Positions 24,568 to 34,534 of a DNA stretch of 60,075 nt are shown here, in pieces (position 1 is the stretch's first letter; each line of letters opens with the position of its first letter). Made by a program: the position numbers and the translations under genes. The notes beneath the pieces are model-generated. The model had not been told where the DNA came from and searched no databases. It saw nothing but the letters and a program-made list of their open reading frames with translations. The stretch is from Minisyncoccota bacterium (GTDB taxonomy: Bacteria; Patescibacteriota; Microgenomatia; UBA1400; PJMF01), in the NCBI GenBank assembly GCA_009991965.1, contig JAACWQ010000007.1:1-60075 (forward strand). The letters run 5' to 3'.

Positions 24568-26793
24568 ATGCAACCACGCTACGCCCCAGAGGAACACGAA
24601 GACAAAATCTACAAATTGTGGCAGAAACATGATGCCTTCAATCCCGATCATTATAAAGGTAAAAAAAGCGGACAAACCAAGCCTTTTTCCATTATCATGC
24701 CGCCGCCAAATGCCAACGATCCTTTGCACATCGGCCACGCCATGTTTGTGGCACTCGAAGATACGCTGACGCGCTTTCATCGTATGCGGGGCGACGACAC
24801 ACTTTGGCTCCCTGGCACCGATCACGCAGGCATCGAAACTCAGTTTGTGTTTGAGAAGAAGCTACAGAAACAAGGCAAATCGCGCTTCCAATTTGATCGA
24901 GATGCGCTCTACAACATGATCTGGGAGTATGTCCAAGAAAATTCTGACACCGCGGTTGACCAGATTAAGAAACTTGGGGCCAGTTGCGACTGGTCACGTT
25001 TCAAGTTTATGCTCGACGAAGATGTGGTGCGACTAACCAAAGAAACGTTTGCCAAAATGCAGAAAGATGGATTGATATATCGCGATATTCGCTTGGTTAA
25101 CTACTGCACCAAATGTGGCACCAGCTACTCAGAGCTCGAAATCCAATCGGTTGAGCAAACTACCAACCTCTACTACCTGCGCTATCCCCTCTTCGAGACG
25201 CCAGACGAACACATTGTGGTTGCCACCACCAGACCAGAACCTATTTTTGCCGACACCCACCTCGCCGTCCACCCCAAGGACAAAAAACACCAACATCTCA
25301 TCGGCACACAAGTAATTAATCCCCTCACCAAACAGCCAATGACTATTATCGCCGACGAGTTTGTCGACCCCAAGTTTGGCACTGGAGTCGTAAAACTAAC
25401 CCCCGCCCATGACGCGAACGACTTTGCTGTTGCCCAAAAACACAAGTTGCCCATGAACATCGCCATCACCCGCGAAGGCAAATTAACTGCGCTGGCGGGC
25501 AAGTACGCAGGACTTAAGGTTGCGACAGCACGCGAGCAAATTATTGCCGATCTAGACAAACAAGGATTGATAGAAAAAATTGATATAGCATACAAAAATA
25601 CAATAAAGACTTGTTATAAATGCGCTCGGATTATCGAACCACTTCCCCTGCCCCAATTCTTCGTAGCAGTCAACAAACCGGGCAAAAGTTTGACCGAAGC
25701 AGTTCTCCAAACACTTGCCAAAAAAGAAACAAAAATCTACGGCGCTGGTAGAGAAAAAATTCTCAAACACTGGCTGACTAATTTGAACGATTGGAACATT
25801 AGTCGCCAAATCGTTTGGGGTATTCGTATTCCTGTGTGGTATCAAATCGACGGACACGAAGATGCAATTTCGGCCTCGTTTTTGAATACCGCCGGCGAGT
25901 ACACATCTGGAACACTTACAGAATTACTCAAAAAACACTCACTCAAAACTATTGCCAAAGGCCTCCAAAGTCTCTCTGCTGACGCTGAGGTTCCGTACAT
26001 AGTTGGCGACTCTACACCCGCGAACAGACATGAGTACTTACCAGAAACCGACACATTTGACACCTGGTTTTCCTCGGCCCAGTGGCCAGTCAACACGCTC
26101 AAGACTACAAATAAAGGTGATTTTGCGCGATTCTACCCGACTACAGTGATGGAAACAGGCTACGATATTTTGCCATTTTGGGTTATGCGTATGATGCTGC
26201 TTGGGATTTATTTGACCAACAAATCCCCGTTTAGCGAAGTCTATTTGCACGGTCTCGTTCGCGACGAACACGGCAAAAAGATGAGTAAAAGCAAGGGAAA
26301 TGTCGTCAATCCTCTCGATATGGTGAGTAAGTATGGTGCCGACGCAGTTCGAATGTCACTCATAATTCGCTCCACTCCTGGCATCGATAAGTCCGTTGGC
26401 GAACGAGATTTTATCGCGATGCGCAATTTGACCAACAAAATTTGGAATGCTACTCGCTATGTTTCGATGCAAGAAATAACAGATACTTCTGCTCTACCCG
26501 GAGATACAGTTGTGTCAAAAAAAGTTGCAACGCTGAGCAAAGATATTGCCAAACTCCTCGAGAAAAGAAAAATCGGAGTCGCAGCAGACAACACATATGG
26601 TGCATTTTGGCATTGGTTTTGTGATGAGTGCATCGAGTCACACAAACAAACCACTATCTCGCTCGCCTGCTTGCGTAAAACGCTCGAAACATTCCTCCAA
26701 CTCCTCCACCCCTATATGCCGTTTGTCACCGAAGCTTGCTGGCAAGAGCTGCACCCTGAGTCACTACTTATCGAACACGCTTGGCCCACATAA
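24568..26793 (+). CDS. valS: Valine--tRNA ligase (short form, 741 aa)
   Basis: HIGH motif PLHIGHAMF, ValRS-typical TTRPEPIFADTHLAVHP, KMSKS motif KMSKSKGN. Lacks the long C-terminal coiled-coil of ~880-aa ValRS enzymes. Confidence 0.9.
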   Translation: MQPRYAPEEHEDKIYKLWQKHDAFNPDHYKGKKSGQTKPFSIIMPPPNANDPLHIGHAMFVALEDTLTRFHRMRGDDTLWLPGTDHAGIETQFVFEKKLQKQGKSRFQFDRDALYNMIWEYVQENSDTAVDQIKKLGASCDWSRFKFMLDEDVVRLTKETFAKMQKDGLIYRDIRLVNYCTKCGTSYSELEIQSVEQTTNLYYLRYPLFETPDEHIVVATTRPEPIFADTHLAVHPKDKKHQHLIGTQVINPLTKQPMTIIADEFVDPKFGTGVVKLTPAHDANDFAVAQKHKLPMNIAITREGKLTALAGKYAGLKVATAREQIIADLDKQGLIEKIDIAYKNTIKTCYKCARIIEPLPLPQFFVAVNKPGKSLTEAVLQTLAKKETKIYGAGREKILKHWLTNLNDWNISRQIVWGIRIPVWYQIDGHEDAISASFLNTAGEYTSGTLTELLKKHSLKTIAKGLQSLSADAEVPYIVGDSTPANRHEYLPETDTFDTWFSSAQWPVNTLKTTNKGDFARFYPTTVMETGYDILPFWVMRMMLLGIYLTNKSPFSEVYLHGLVRDEHGKKMSKSKGNVVNPLDMVSKYGADAVRMSLIIRSTPGIDKSVGERDFIAMRNLTNKIWNATRYVSMQEITDTSALPGDTVVSKKVATLSKDIAKLLEKRKIGVAADNTYGAFWHWFCDECIESHKQTTISLACLRKTLETFLQLLHPYMPFVTEACWQELHPESLLIEHAWPT

Positions 26794-26822
26794 TCGCAAC
26801 CTCAAGACTGCTATACTAAAGT

Positions 26823-27266
26823 ATGGCTTGGTTACATTCACTCGTTTTACACATCCGCCTGATCTGGTCGATCGGACTTTTTTTGGCCCGTATAGCGTTA
26901 TCTGAGCTCACACAACGCAAGCTCGCGCTCATCTCTACTACCGCAGTCATACTCCTCAGCGCCATCGCGCTTTTACAGGTAGTAAAAGCAGTAGAAACAA
27001 CCATCACTCCCCCCACTCCACTCGAGTTAGCCATCAGTACCGAGCCACTCAGTGCAACCTATCGACTCACCCCAGCAGAAGCCGAAGAACAGCTTTCGTA
27101 CTTCCTTAAGTTATACGAGCTACAACCCACGCATCGCGAAATTCTCCTCAATATCGGCATACTTTACGAAACACTTGAAAACACTCGAGAGGCCGAACGA
27201 TACTTCGACCTTGCGGCCAAAAGTAATCGCACCACTCCACACATTATTCGCGGAATTGAAAAATAA
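26823..27266 (+). CDS. Small membrane protein with a single TPR-like C-terminal repeat
   Basis: Two hydrophobic helices, then ...HREILLNIGILYETLENTREAERYFDLAAK (TPR-like). Confidence 0.45.
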   Translation: MAWLHSLVLHIRLIWSIGLFLARIALSELTQRKLALISTTAVILLSAIALLQVVKAVETTITPPTPLELAISTEPLSATYRLTPAEAEEQLSYFLKLYELQPTHREILLNIGILYETLENTREAERYFDLAAKSNRTTPHIIRGIEK

Positions 27267-27267
27267 T

Positions 27268-27951
27268 CTATTCTTTTGCTGGATCGCTCTTCTCTGTCTC
27301 GGAGGAACCCGCTTCTTTTGATTCTGTTGTTTCTTCTCCTGCAGCAGCATCTACAACAGCAACAACCTCTTCCTCTTTTTCTTCTTTAACCTCTTGGACA
27401 ATGACAAGCGGAGCCTCGAGTTCTTCTTCAGAAAGCTTAAGTTCTACCACCGCTCTATCGAATTGGAGCTCTGCCACACCTAGGGATTGCCCGATTTCTG
27501 TCAGAACAGAAATGTCTACAGTGATTCTCTCTGGAATATTAGATGGTAACGCTTCAATTAACAAAGTATCTCGCACGAGTAAAATATTAGCATTCTTAAC
27601 CACACACTCGCCGACTATCTCGAGTGGAACTTCTGCTTCAATCTTCTCTGCCAAATTCACGCGCTTAAACACCACGTGTAGGGGTTCTTTAGTAACTGGA
27701 TTTACTTGGATTTCTTCCAATAAAACCGGATATTCATCTTTGTTATCTACAACGACATATATAAGACCGGATTCGATGTCTTCTTGTTGCTTTTGTACCA
27801 CTCTTTTGGAGCATTTTATTGAAACCGATGGTTTTGACAAACCAAAGATATTTGCTGGTATATCACCATTTTTCAACATTTTCCCAATTGAGTCAATTTT
27901 AAAATCTCGAGATGAGACGTGAAATTTGTACGGCGCTACAGTTGATGTCAT
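27268..27951 (-). CDS. rplY: Ribosomal protein bL25 / Ctc form with an acidic C-terminal tail
   Basis: ...IPANIFGLSKPSVSIKC..., ...VQKQQEDIESGLIYVVVD..., EKIEAEVPLEIVGE, then an E/K-rich tail. Start set at MTSTVAPYKF (Met15 of the tracked ORF). Confidence 0.8.
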   Translation of the reverse strand: MTSTVAPYKFHVSSRDFKIDSIGKMLKNGDIPANIFGLSKPSVSIKCSKRVVQKQQEDIESGLIYVVVDNKDEYPVLLEEIQVNPVTKEPLHVVFKRVNLAEKIEAEVPLEIVGECVVKNANILLVRDTLLIEALPSNIPERITVDISVLTEIGQSLGVAELQFDRAVVELKLSEEELEAPLVIVQEVKEEKEEEVVAVVDAAAGEETTESKEAGSSETEKSDPAKE

Positions 27952-28014
27952 AATTCTTTCTTTAGACGAGTTTACTCGAGCATTGTAGCACAACTCTATA
28001 ACCGAAAAATGAGG

Positions 28015-30846
28015 TCAAAAGAATTTAGCTCCATACAAACGACTTTTCTCTTCTTTATCAGTGAAATTAATTGTTGTATCGTTTAATTCTGCTTGCGGAG
28101 CAATTCTCTCTGGCTGCAGCTCTGGTGGATAGCTTAGAGAAACACTCAGTGGAGCGGCGTTTGAACCTGGCTGCTTCTGGTTAAAAAAGACGTAAGATGA
28201 CGAGGTAGTGGCAAGCGAAAGTGGGGTGGAGTAAGAAAGTTCTGTGGTCAATGTGCCCCCAACTGGAACGGTGATAACCGCGCCAACCAAGGTCCGCTCG
28301 TGTTCAGTTGTCAGAGAAAGATCTTGAATTGAAATAGGGGAGCCATTGATGAGTAATTGTTCGTACTGTGAGCCTCGAGCCAAATAGTACCGCACAAAGG
28401 CGTGATATGGTCCTTTTGGCCAAGAACTTGACTGCGCGGTGTTTTTATACACCGTGGTTCTTGCGTGTTGTGCGAGTGTAGTAGAAAGTGTTATCTCGTG
28501 CGTAAGGTCTTTTGTCAGGTAGTAATTTGCTTTATTAATGCCAATGTTGGCCTCGACCTGATAAAACGGCTCAACCACACAGTTATCTGATGCGAGTTGA
28601 GAAGGGCAGGGTGGCTGCAAAACACTGCCACTCCAACCAAGCGCTTGAAACGTTGCTTGCTGAGACTCATCAGTCAGTGCAAACAATAAGTGTTGTTGCT
28701 CGGCCGCTTGCCTGGTGCTTTGTAGTATGGCGGGAAACTTTTCAACTGGCGCAGTCAGGAGTTTTTGCAACACTCTCTCGAGAACAACCGCGGAGTAATC
28801 CTTCGTTCCGCTCTCGGGAACCAAGACTGCTTCGGAGTGATACTCGAGGCGTTCAAAAAGATTTTTGTGTGTCAATACTTCGTTATATTCCGGCACATCA
28901 ATTGGTCCCAATGACTCAATAATATCCGCCAGACCTTGGGTGTCGATTGCGAGCACACCAGCAAGCTGCACATTGCGTGATCGATCAACAAACCAACGCA
29001 GAGTAGTGGCGGTAGTAGGAAAATCTGGATCCCAATTTGCGTCACGCGCATACCAATTTTTTTCTCCCAACAACCGCTCTATGTCTTGGGGTGGAGTCAC
29101 CGCACCACCAATACCCGCATCAAGTTCGTCACTGCCAATCGTCTGCACGTCAATTACTGAGCCCTGGACCAGGGTAACAAACGCCATGCTTTGTAAAAAA
29201 CCACCGGTTGGCCGCAGCTCTTGACTATTTTGAAACAAAATGGCATACGTTTGCTTGCTCGCAATGCCACTAAGAGCGGGGAGAAGAGGAACAATTTGTT
29301 GTTGTAAGCCAACTGCGCTCCGCAGGTCAGTAAGTTTAATCGAGAGTGCTGTCTGTAACTCTTGGTCTTCGCTCGACTCGCCTAGAATGTTAAAGAGTTC
29401 TGATTCGAGGGTTGCGAGTAATTCATAGGCTGTTTGCGACTGAGTCGTAGCGTTTTGGGCTAGCAAACTAATATCGCTGTCTGTTTGGCCAAAGAAGTGT
29501 TGCATGAGTGTTTGCTCTGTTTGGCGGGCTTGAGGCAAGGTCTCCGTATATTCTCTGAGAATTTTGGCGAGTGAAATGATTTTTTCAGCCTTAGATATCA
29601 TTGGTATATCAATCATTGATCCATAGCTATCAGCCTGTAACGCGAGTAGTGAATACCACCGTTGTTGCCAAACGCTTTGGGTTGGAGGCGGGGCATCGTC
29701 CTGCAATAAACTTGGCAACTCTGCCAAAACAGTACGTTGAGTGAGTGTCACACTGAGCCAAAAAAACAATGCCAAAAAAAGCATGCCAAGTGTTATGCCT
29801 GTTGAAATCAAACCAACCAGAAACAACGCGGTGTTTTTGCGCTTCTTTTTTGTTATGACTGTTTCTACCGCAACAACTTTTTTTGTTCGAGTTGTTTTGT
29901 GCTCTCGATATGAGTTGGCAAAAAGCGAGGTGATGTCTCCCACCACATCCATCACTTCTTTTTTGGGTGGCGCAATCACTTCTGGTTCTATCGCTGAAAT
30001 CTCCATTTCCTCAGCAACTTCCTCTACTGGTTGTTCGGCGGTGACAGTTGGGAGCACAAACAACGGTTGCCACTGTTGTGGCGAAGGTAAGGTTTTTATG
30101 TAGTTTTTTACAAAGTCTGACAAAGAAAAGAGCACTTTTTTTACCGATACATGAAAAGAAATTAATTTTGTTGTTTCGACTTGAATTGGGTTTAGAGCAA
30201 GCTGTGTCTGATGAATATTTTCATACAGCGTTTTTGCTTGGATGAGTAATTCGCTGCAGGCAATATCTGGGCCCTGAATTACAACACTCAATCGAGAGGG
30301 ATGAAACACAACGTGCTGCAGGTGTTCGAGCGCAGTTTGCAGCGAGCAGGGCGCAATCTCGAGCTCTGGCGAAAGCAGCTCTGTTGCTGGTAATTGCGCA
30401 AACACTTGTGCGAGCGGGGAAAGAGCGCCGCCATCGAGTAAATCGCGTATAAAAATAAGCTGTGTTTCTGGAAATAGCGCGGTCAGTTCCGAAAGAAAAT
30501 GTGCTTGTCGATTTGACACCTCTTGCCAAAGTCTGAGTTGCAGAGCAGGTGTGTTACACGGTGTTATGAGTGGAATCAAAAACTGCAGTTGGGGAAATCT
30601 GCCAAGCGTTGCAGCTATTTGTCTCAAATCCGTAGTTTGTGTTGGATCAAGCCAAAGCAGCACCCGATAGGCTCGCTGACACAATTCTTGCACGTGTTTG
30701 TCTTGCAATTTGTCTTGCGCAAAACAACTAATCGTCACGCCCTGCGTGTTGAGGGCCGCCACAATTTGCTTTGTGTGAGAATTTTCATCGGTAAAAAAAA
30801 CCACTTCAGGCTGATCGTTGATCGCTTGGGTCAAAAGGGCAGACAT
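28015..30846 (-). CDS. DUF4012-domain membrane protein (943 aa)
   Basis: N-terminal cytoplasmic part, one TM (ALFLVGLISTGITLGMLFLALFFWL), then ...RPTGGFLQSMAFVTLVQGSVIDVQTIGSDELD..., which I recognise as the DUF4012 core. Confidence 0.7.
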   Translation of the reverse strand: MSALLTQAINDQPEVVFFTDENSHTKQIVAALNTQGVTISCFAQDKLQDKHVQELCQRAYRVLLWLDPTQTTDLRQIAATLGRFPQLQFLIPLITPCNTPALQLRLWQEVSNRQAHFLSELTALFPETQLIFIRDLLDGGALSPLAQVFAQLPATELLSPELEIAPCSLQTALEHLQHVVFHPSRLSVVIQGPDIACSELLIQAKTLYENIHQTQLALNPIQVETTKLISFHVSVKKVLFSLSDFVKNYIKTLPSPQQWQPLFVLPTVTAEQPVEEVAEEMEISAIEPEVIAPPKKEVMDVVGDITSLFANSYREHKTTRTKKVVAVETVITKKKRKNTALFLVGLISTGITLGMLFLALFFWLSVTLTQRTVLAELPSLLQDDAPPPTQSVWQQRWYSLLALQADSYGSMIDIPMISKAEKIISLAKILREYTETLPQARQTEQTLMQHFFGQTDSDISLLAQNATTQSQTAYELLATLESELFNILGESSEDQELQTALSIKLTDLRSAVGLQQQIVPLLPALSGIASKQTYAILFQNSQELRPTGGFLQSMAFVTLVQGSVIDVQTIGSDELDAGIGGAVTPPQDIERLLGEKNWYARDANWDPDFPTTATTLRWFVDRSRNVQLAGVLAIDTQGLADIIESLGPIDVPEYNEVLTHKNLFERLEYHSEAVLVPESGTKDYSAVVLERVLQKLLTAPVEKFPAILQSTRQAAEQQHLLFALTDESQQATFQALGWSGSVLQPPCPSQLASDNCVVEPFYQVEANIGINKANYYLTKDLTHEITLSTTLAQHARTTVYKNTAQSSSWPKGPYHAFVRYYLARGSQYEQLLINGSPISIQDLSLTTEHERTLVGAVITVPVGGTLTTELSYSTPLSLATTSSSYVFFNQKQPGSNAAPLSVSLSYPPELQPERIAPQAELNDTTINFTDKEEKSRLYGAKFF

Positions 30847-30869
30847 ACTACAAAAGTATAGTCGGGGAG

Positions 30870-31283
30870 TTAGATTGCGTCGAGTGTGGTATTCACCAGC
30901 GCGTCAGCATGCGCATTTTCTTCTCGAGGAACATGTTGAAAATTGCAAGGTAATGATAGCTGTGCTAACAACTGCCAACACTGTTGCGCTAGATTGCGCA
31001 GGCGAGGTTCTTTAATTTTCCAGCGACGAGCAAGTTGTTCAACAACCAGTTTTGAGTCGAGTTTCCAAGTAATTTCTTGTACATCGGGAAGGGTTTTGAG
31101 TGTTTTTTGTAGCTGCTCTAGCCCAAGAATAACAGCGGTGTATTCAGCCACATTATTGGTTGTCTCGCCAAGGTATTTTCCAAACTCAAACACAACGCTT
31201 TTGTCATTGAAACAAACAACTCCAACAGCCGCTGGGCCAGGATTTCCACGCGCACCACCATCTGAAAAAAGCGTCAGCTTCAT
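30870..31283 (-). CDS. rnhA: Ribonuclease HI family protein
   Basis: DEDD pattern: LFSDGGARGNPGPAAVG, TNNVAEYTAVILGL, DSKLVVEQL, NAHADALVN. ATGA overlap with jag. Confidence 0.85.
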   Translation of the reverse strand: MKLTLFSDGGARGNPGPAAVGVVCFNDKSVVFEFGKYLGETTNNVAEYTAVILGLEQLQKTLKTLPDVQEITWKLDSKLVVEQLARRWKIKEPRLRNLAQQCWQLLAQLSLPCNFQHVPREENAHADALVNTTLDAI

Positions 31284-31741
31284 GCTTGCTTACGCTGGAT
31301 TTGCAATCTACGATCTCGACCATCGCCGGTCGAAATACTCTCAAGCTCTGCGGCTTCGGGCATTTCGCTCAATGCGGTGTGAATAATAAATCGCTCGTAT
31401 GCAGGTAAGAAAGAGTGAAAGGTATAGACCGACTCACCAGACAAGACGCGTTCGACTGCTTCTTTTGTGAGTTCTGTAAGTTTGTCTGCTCGTTGCTGTC
31501 GATAATCGTTGATGTTGAGAACAATTTTGTCTTCTGCTGTTTCCTGGAAAATAATGCGTGTTAGGCGTTGAATTGATTCGAGGGTTTCGCCATGAAAACC
31601 AATAAACAAACCAGAATCATCCTCTGGAACAGAGAGGGTAATTTGTTTTGTTTTGTCGAGTTGTTCTTCTGCATAGCCGATAGAGTCTGCCTCTAGGCCA
31701 CAGTGTTCGCACATCTGGGTTAAAAAAGCTTGAATGGTCAT
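31280..31741 (-). CDS. jag: Jag/KhpB-like RNA-binding protein (KH + R3H)
   Basis: Located immediately downstream of yidC. C-terminal R3H-like YERFIIHTALSEM. Confidence 0.8.
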   Translation of the reverse strand: MTIQAFLTQMCEHCGLEADSIGYAEEQLDKTKQITLSVPEDDSGLFIGFHGETLESIQRLTRIIFQETAEDKIVLNINDYRQQRADKLTELTKEAVERVLSGESVYTFHSFLPAYERFIIHTALSEMPEAAELESISTGDGRDRRLQIQRKQA

Positions 31742-32484
31742 ACTCGTTCTCCTCGAATTTTTTGCAGTACTCCTACTACCTGTTGTTTCATCCCGCCAAA
31801 GCCGGAAACATAATACTGCTGAATAACACTAAAAACTGTTGTAATTACCCAATATAACGCAAGTCCGGAAGGAAATCTCAGTGCAATAAAAGCGGTAAAA
31901 AGCGGCATCATAAAAATCATTTGTTTTTGCATTGTTTGTGCCATATCTCCAATGCCTTCTGGGGCTTTCTCAACTTTTTTTGCAGTCGACTTCTTATCAG
32001 GTGCTGTTTTGACTGGCGCCATCATGAGTGACAAAACGAGTTGTGTTAATCCGGCCAGCACTGGCAAAACATAGAGTGAGTCAGGATGTCGTAAATCGAG
32101 CCAAAAAAAATGTGGATTAATAACCACACCATTCACCACTTCTTGAGAAAGAAATTTGAGTAAAAATTGGTATAACACAATTAAAATTACTAGTTGAATA
32201 ATTTGAGGAATACAACCTGCGACTGGATTGACTTTGTTTTTTTGATATAGCTCAAGTTGAGCCTGCTGCATCGCTTTTTTGTCTTTTCCGTGCTTACCTT
32301 TTAGTTTGTCGAGTTCTGGTTGAAGATCTCGCATCTTTGTCATTGCGCGCTGTGACTGCAGGCTAAGAGGAAATAATAACGAGCGGAGGAGTAAAGTAAA
32401 AATGATAATCGCCCAACCCAAATTGCCCGTAAGAGTGTGGAGCTCAACGATACCAAGTGTAAATAACTGTGTAATCCATTGCAT
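31738..32484 (-). CDS. yidC: Membrane protein insertase YidC (short Gram-positive type)
   Basis: ...AIIIFTLLLRSLLFPLSLQSQRAMTKMRDLQPELDKLKGKH..., ...NPVAGCIPQIIQLVILIVLY..., five TM segments. Confidence 0.9.
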   Translation of the reverse strand: MQWITQLFTLGIVELHTLTGNLGWAIIIFTLLLRSLLFPLSLQSQRAMTKMRDLQPELDKLKGKHGKDKKAMQQAQLELYQKNKVNPVAGCIPQIIQLVILIVLYQFLLKFLSQEVVNGVVINPHFFWLDLRHPDSLYVLPVLAGLTQLVLSLMMAPVKTAPDKKSTAKKVEKAPEGIGDMAQTMQKQMIFMMPLFTAFIALRFPSGLALYWVITTVFSVIQQYYVSGFGGMKQQVVGVLQKIRGERV

Positions 32485-32492
32485 ATATCAAC

Positions 32493-32675
32493 CTAAATAC
32501 AAGTAATTAATTGCTTTCCAGCTCGAAAAAATGTTTTCCAATCTTTTGTTTGCACTGCGGTTAGTGTGATTTCTCCACAGGTTGGTGTGTGTTTACAAGG
32601 AATTGCAATACCAAACACGCTTGCAAGCAACACCTGACGAACAGCCCGAGAAAAAGAGTAGAGCGCAAGTAACAT
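32493..32675 (-). CDS. yidD: YidD-like membrane protein insertion efficiency factor (degenerate, 60 aa)
   Basis: Lies between rnpA and yidC. CKHTPTCGE resembles the CRFxPTCSxY motif, and a C-terminal ...QLITC is present. The sequence is divergent, so confidence is moderate. Confidence 0.5.
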   Translation of the reverse strand: MLLALYSFSRAVRQVLLASVFGIAIPCKHTPTCGEITLTAVQTKDWKTFFRAGKQLITCI

Positions 32676-33022
32676 TATTTTCCTGTCGAGGAGTATACCT
32701 TGTTACCTCTGTCTTGCAACTCCCGAAGTATGTGTGTTTTGTCCTGTGAGAGAAAGTTTTTTTGCAAAACCAAAACATATTCTAGGGGAGCGAGAACGTT
32801 TTGTTGTAGTAATTCTGCACAGAATGCTCTGGCGCGACGTTTTAATTTATTTCGTTCTACCGCTAGTCGTGTAGATTTTTTTGGGGCCATACAAGTAATT
32901 TGAGCTTCAGGATGAATCTGTTTGCGAATAAAGGTGGTAAATCCACTTCCAGAAAGCCGCGTGGCCTGAGAAAAAAAGTTTTTCTCACCCCGCAACTGTA
33001 AGCGGTTAATTTTTTTAAGCAT
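32675..33022 (-). CDS. rnpA: Ribonuclease P protein component
   Basis: Located directly after rpmH. Basic protein with LAVERNKLKRRAR (the RNR-like motif). Confidence 0.8.
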   Translation of the reverse strand: MLKKINRLQLRGEKNFFSQATRLSGSGFTTFIRKQIHPEAQITCMAPKKSTRLAVERNKLKRRARAFCAELLQQNVLAPLEYVLVLQKNFLSQDKTHILRELQDRGNKVYSSTGK

Positions 33023-33028
33023 ACAAAA

Positions 33029-33169
33029 TTATGAAACTGCCAGGCTTGTTCTGCCTTTTGCGCGACGACGCTTGATCATCATTTGACCACCTAAAGATCT
33101 CATGCGAGCCAAGAAGCCATGTTTGCGAATGCGTTTTTTTTGTTTTGGTTGCCAAGTTCTTCGTGACAT
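33029..33169 (-). CDS. rpmH: Ribosomal protein bL34 (46 aa; not on the supplied ORF track)
   Basis: Hand translation of the minus strand gives [46 protein letters not shown], the canonical L34 sequence pattern. Confidence 0.9.
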   Translation of the reverse strand: MSRRTWQPKQKKRIRKHGFLARMRSLGGQMMIKRRRAKGRTSLAVS

Positions 33170-33179
33170 AGAGGCGGTA

Positions 33180-34280
33180 TTATACCACTCGAAATGGCAT
33201 CACGACGTAGAGAAATGAGGGAAGTTCAATAGAGCGAAATAAAACTGGCTTGAGGGGTTCGGTCATACTCAATTGCACCTCCAGAGAGGAAAACTGTTTT
33301 AACATATCGAGTAGATATAGTGCATTGAAAGCGACAACAAGTGCATTGCCAGTAACTTTTGCTGAGGTGAGTGAACCAACAAATGAGCCTTCAGTGGTAG
33401 TTGGCGTCGTGATTTCAACACCAACTTCGCTAAACGAAAACTGCACAATATGCGACGAAGCACTCGTAAGTACATGTGCTCTGCGGATTTGTTCGAGTAA
33501 TTCGTCTGCGTCACAGAGCACTGTGGTAGTTGCATCACTCGGAATTATTTGCTCAAAGGGAGGATACTCTCCCTCGACTAGGCGAGAGAAAATAACACTA
33601 TCACCGATATGTGCGAGTATTTGCTGTAATTCGTTAGAAATTAGCAGCTCTATTTGTGAGACGTCTTCTGATTGTGCGAGGCGTACATACTCAGAAATAG
33701 TGCGAGCAGGCACAAGTAGTTTTTTTGCTTCTGGCTCAGGAGGCATACCAAACACAGAAAGTCTAAAGCCGTCAGTACCCACTGCTCTAAAAGCAGTTGT
33801 AGAAAGTTCTAGTTGTACAGCGGTTAAAACTGGACGAGTTACATCTTTTGAGACACTCGGAAGAATATATTGTTCGACAGCCAACAAATCACTCGTAGCT
33901 AAAATAGTTTTTTCTCCAGTTACCTCGGGAAATTCTGGATATTCATCGATAGCGAGTGTTTGTAGTGTCACCTTCGTCGCGGTAGAAACCAAACTGAGTG
34001 CACCATTTTTTTCCTCTACAATTATTTCTCCCTCTGGAAACGAAGCAATTGTCGAAAGCAATAGTTTTCCTGGGACAACTATGGTTCCAGAAGCAACTAT
34101 GTTTGCCTGTACCGGCACTTGCATACCAAGATATAAGTCTGTTGCGGTTAAAAGGAGCGCATCTTGATTCACCGAAATATGGACTGCGGCTAAAACGGGG
34201 AGTTGCGGCTTTGTTGGTAGTACACGTTGAAGTTTTTGTAATGCAGAAAGAAAATATTTTTTAGAAACCGAGAATTGCAT
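33180..34280 (-). CDS. dnaN: DNA polymerase III beta sliding clamp
   Basis: 366 aa directly downstream of dnaA. The N-terminus [20 protein letters not shown]... and the three-domain length are typical of DnaN. Confidence 0.9.
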   Translation of the reverse strand: MQFSVSKKYFLSALQKLQRVLPTKPQLPVLAAVHISVNQDALLLTATDLYLGMQVPVQANIVASGTIVVPGKLLLSTIASFPEGEIIVEEKNGALSLVSTATKVTLQTLAIDEYPEFPEVTGEKTILATSDLLAVEQYILPSVSKDVTRPVLTAVQLELSTTAFRAVGTDGFRLSVFGMPPEPEAKKLLVPARTISEYVRLAQSEDVSQIELLISNELQQILAHIGDSVIFSRLVEGEYPPFEQIIPSDATTTVLCDADELLEQIRRAHVLTSASSHIVQFSFSEVGVEITTPTTTEGSFVGSLTSAKVTGNALVVAFNALYLLDMLKQFSSLEVQLSMTEPLKPVLFRSIELPSFLYVVMPFRVV

Positions 34281-34534
34281 GTGTGCATTGTACTGTATTT
34301 ACTTAAGTATCAATTAGTAGTTGTTGTAGTAGTAGGCTGTATAAGAAGTGGGTATAAACATGCTTTTTACTCAAGAAATAAGCCGTGAATAAGTATTGTA
34401 AAAATCAAGGTAAAAAAGCGTGAATAATATGTGAATTATCGGGGATTGTAGGTGATAACTTTTGTAGCAATTACACAAAGAACAAAAAGCTTTACACAGC
34501 TACCCACATGCAATGCACTTGTTATCACCAACAA
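34281..34534. other. Candidate oriC segment (dnaA-dnaN intergenic region with a DnaA-box-like cluster and an AT-rich stretch)
   Basis: Matches to TGTGnATAA / TTATnCACA: CGTGAATAA at 34384-34392 and at 34419-34427, TGTGAATTA at 34430-34438, CTACCCACA at 34500-34508, TTATCACCA at 34522-34530. AT-rich run at 34290-34330. Confidence 0.5.

Noticed and set aside
33250-34167. 305-aa ORF on the plus strand, antisense to dnaN
   Set aside because: It lies entirely inside the well-supported dnaN gene. The translation is Ser/Thr/Cys-rich low complexity with no motif. This is a typical shadow ORF.
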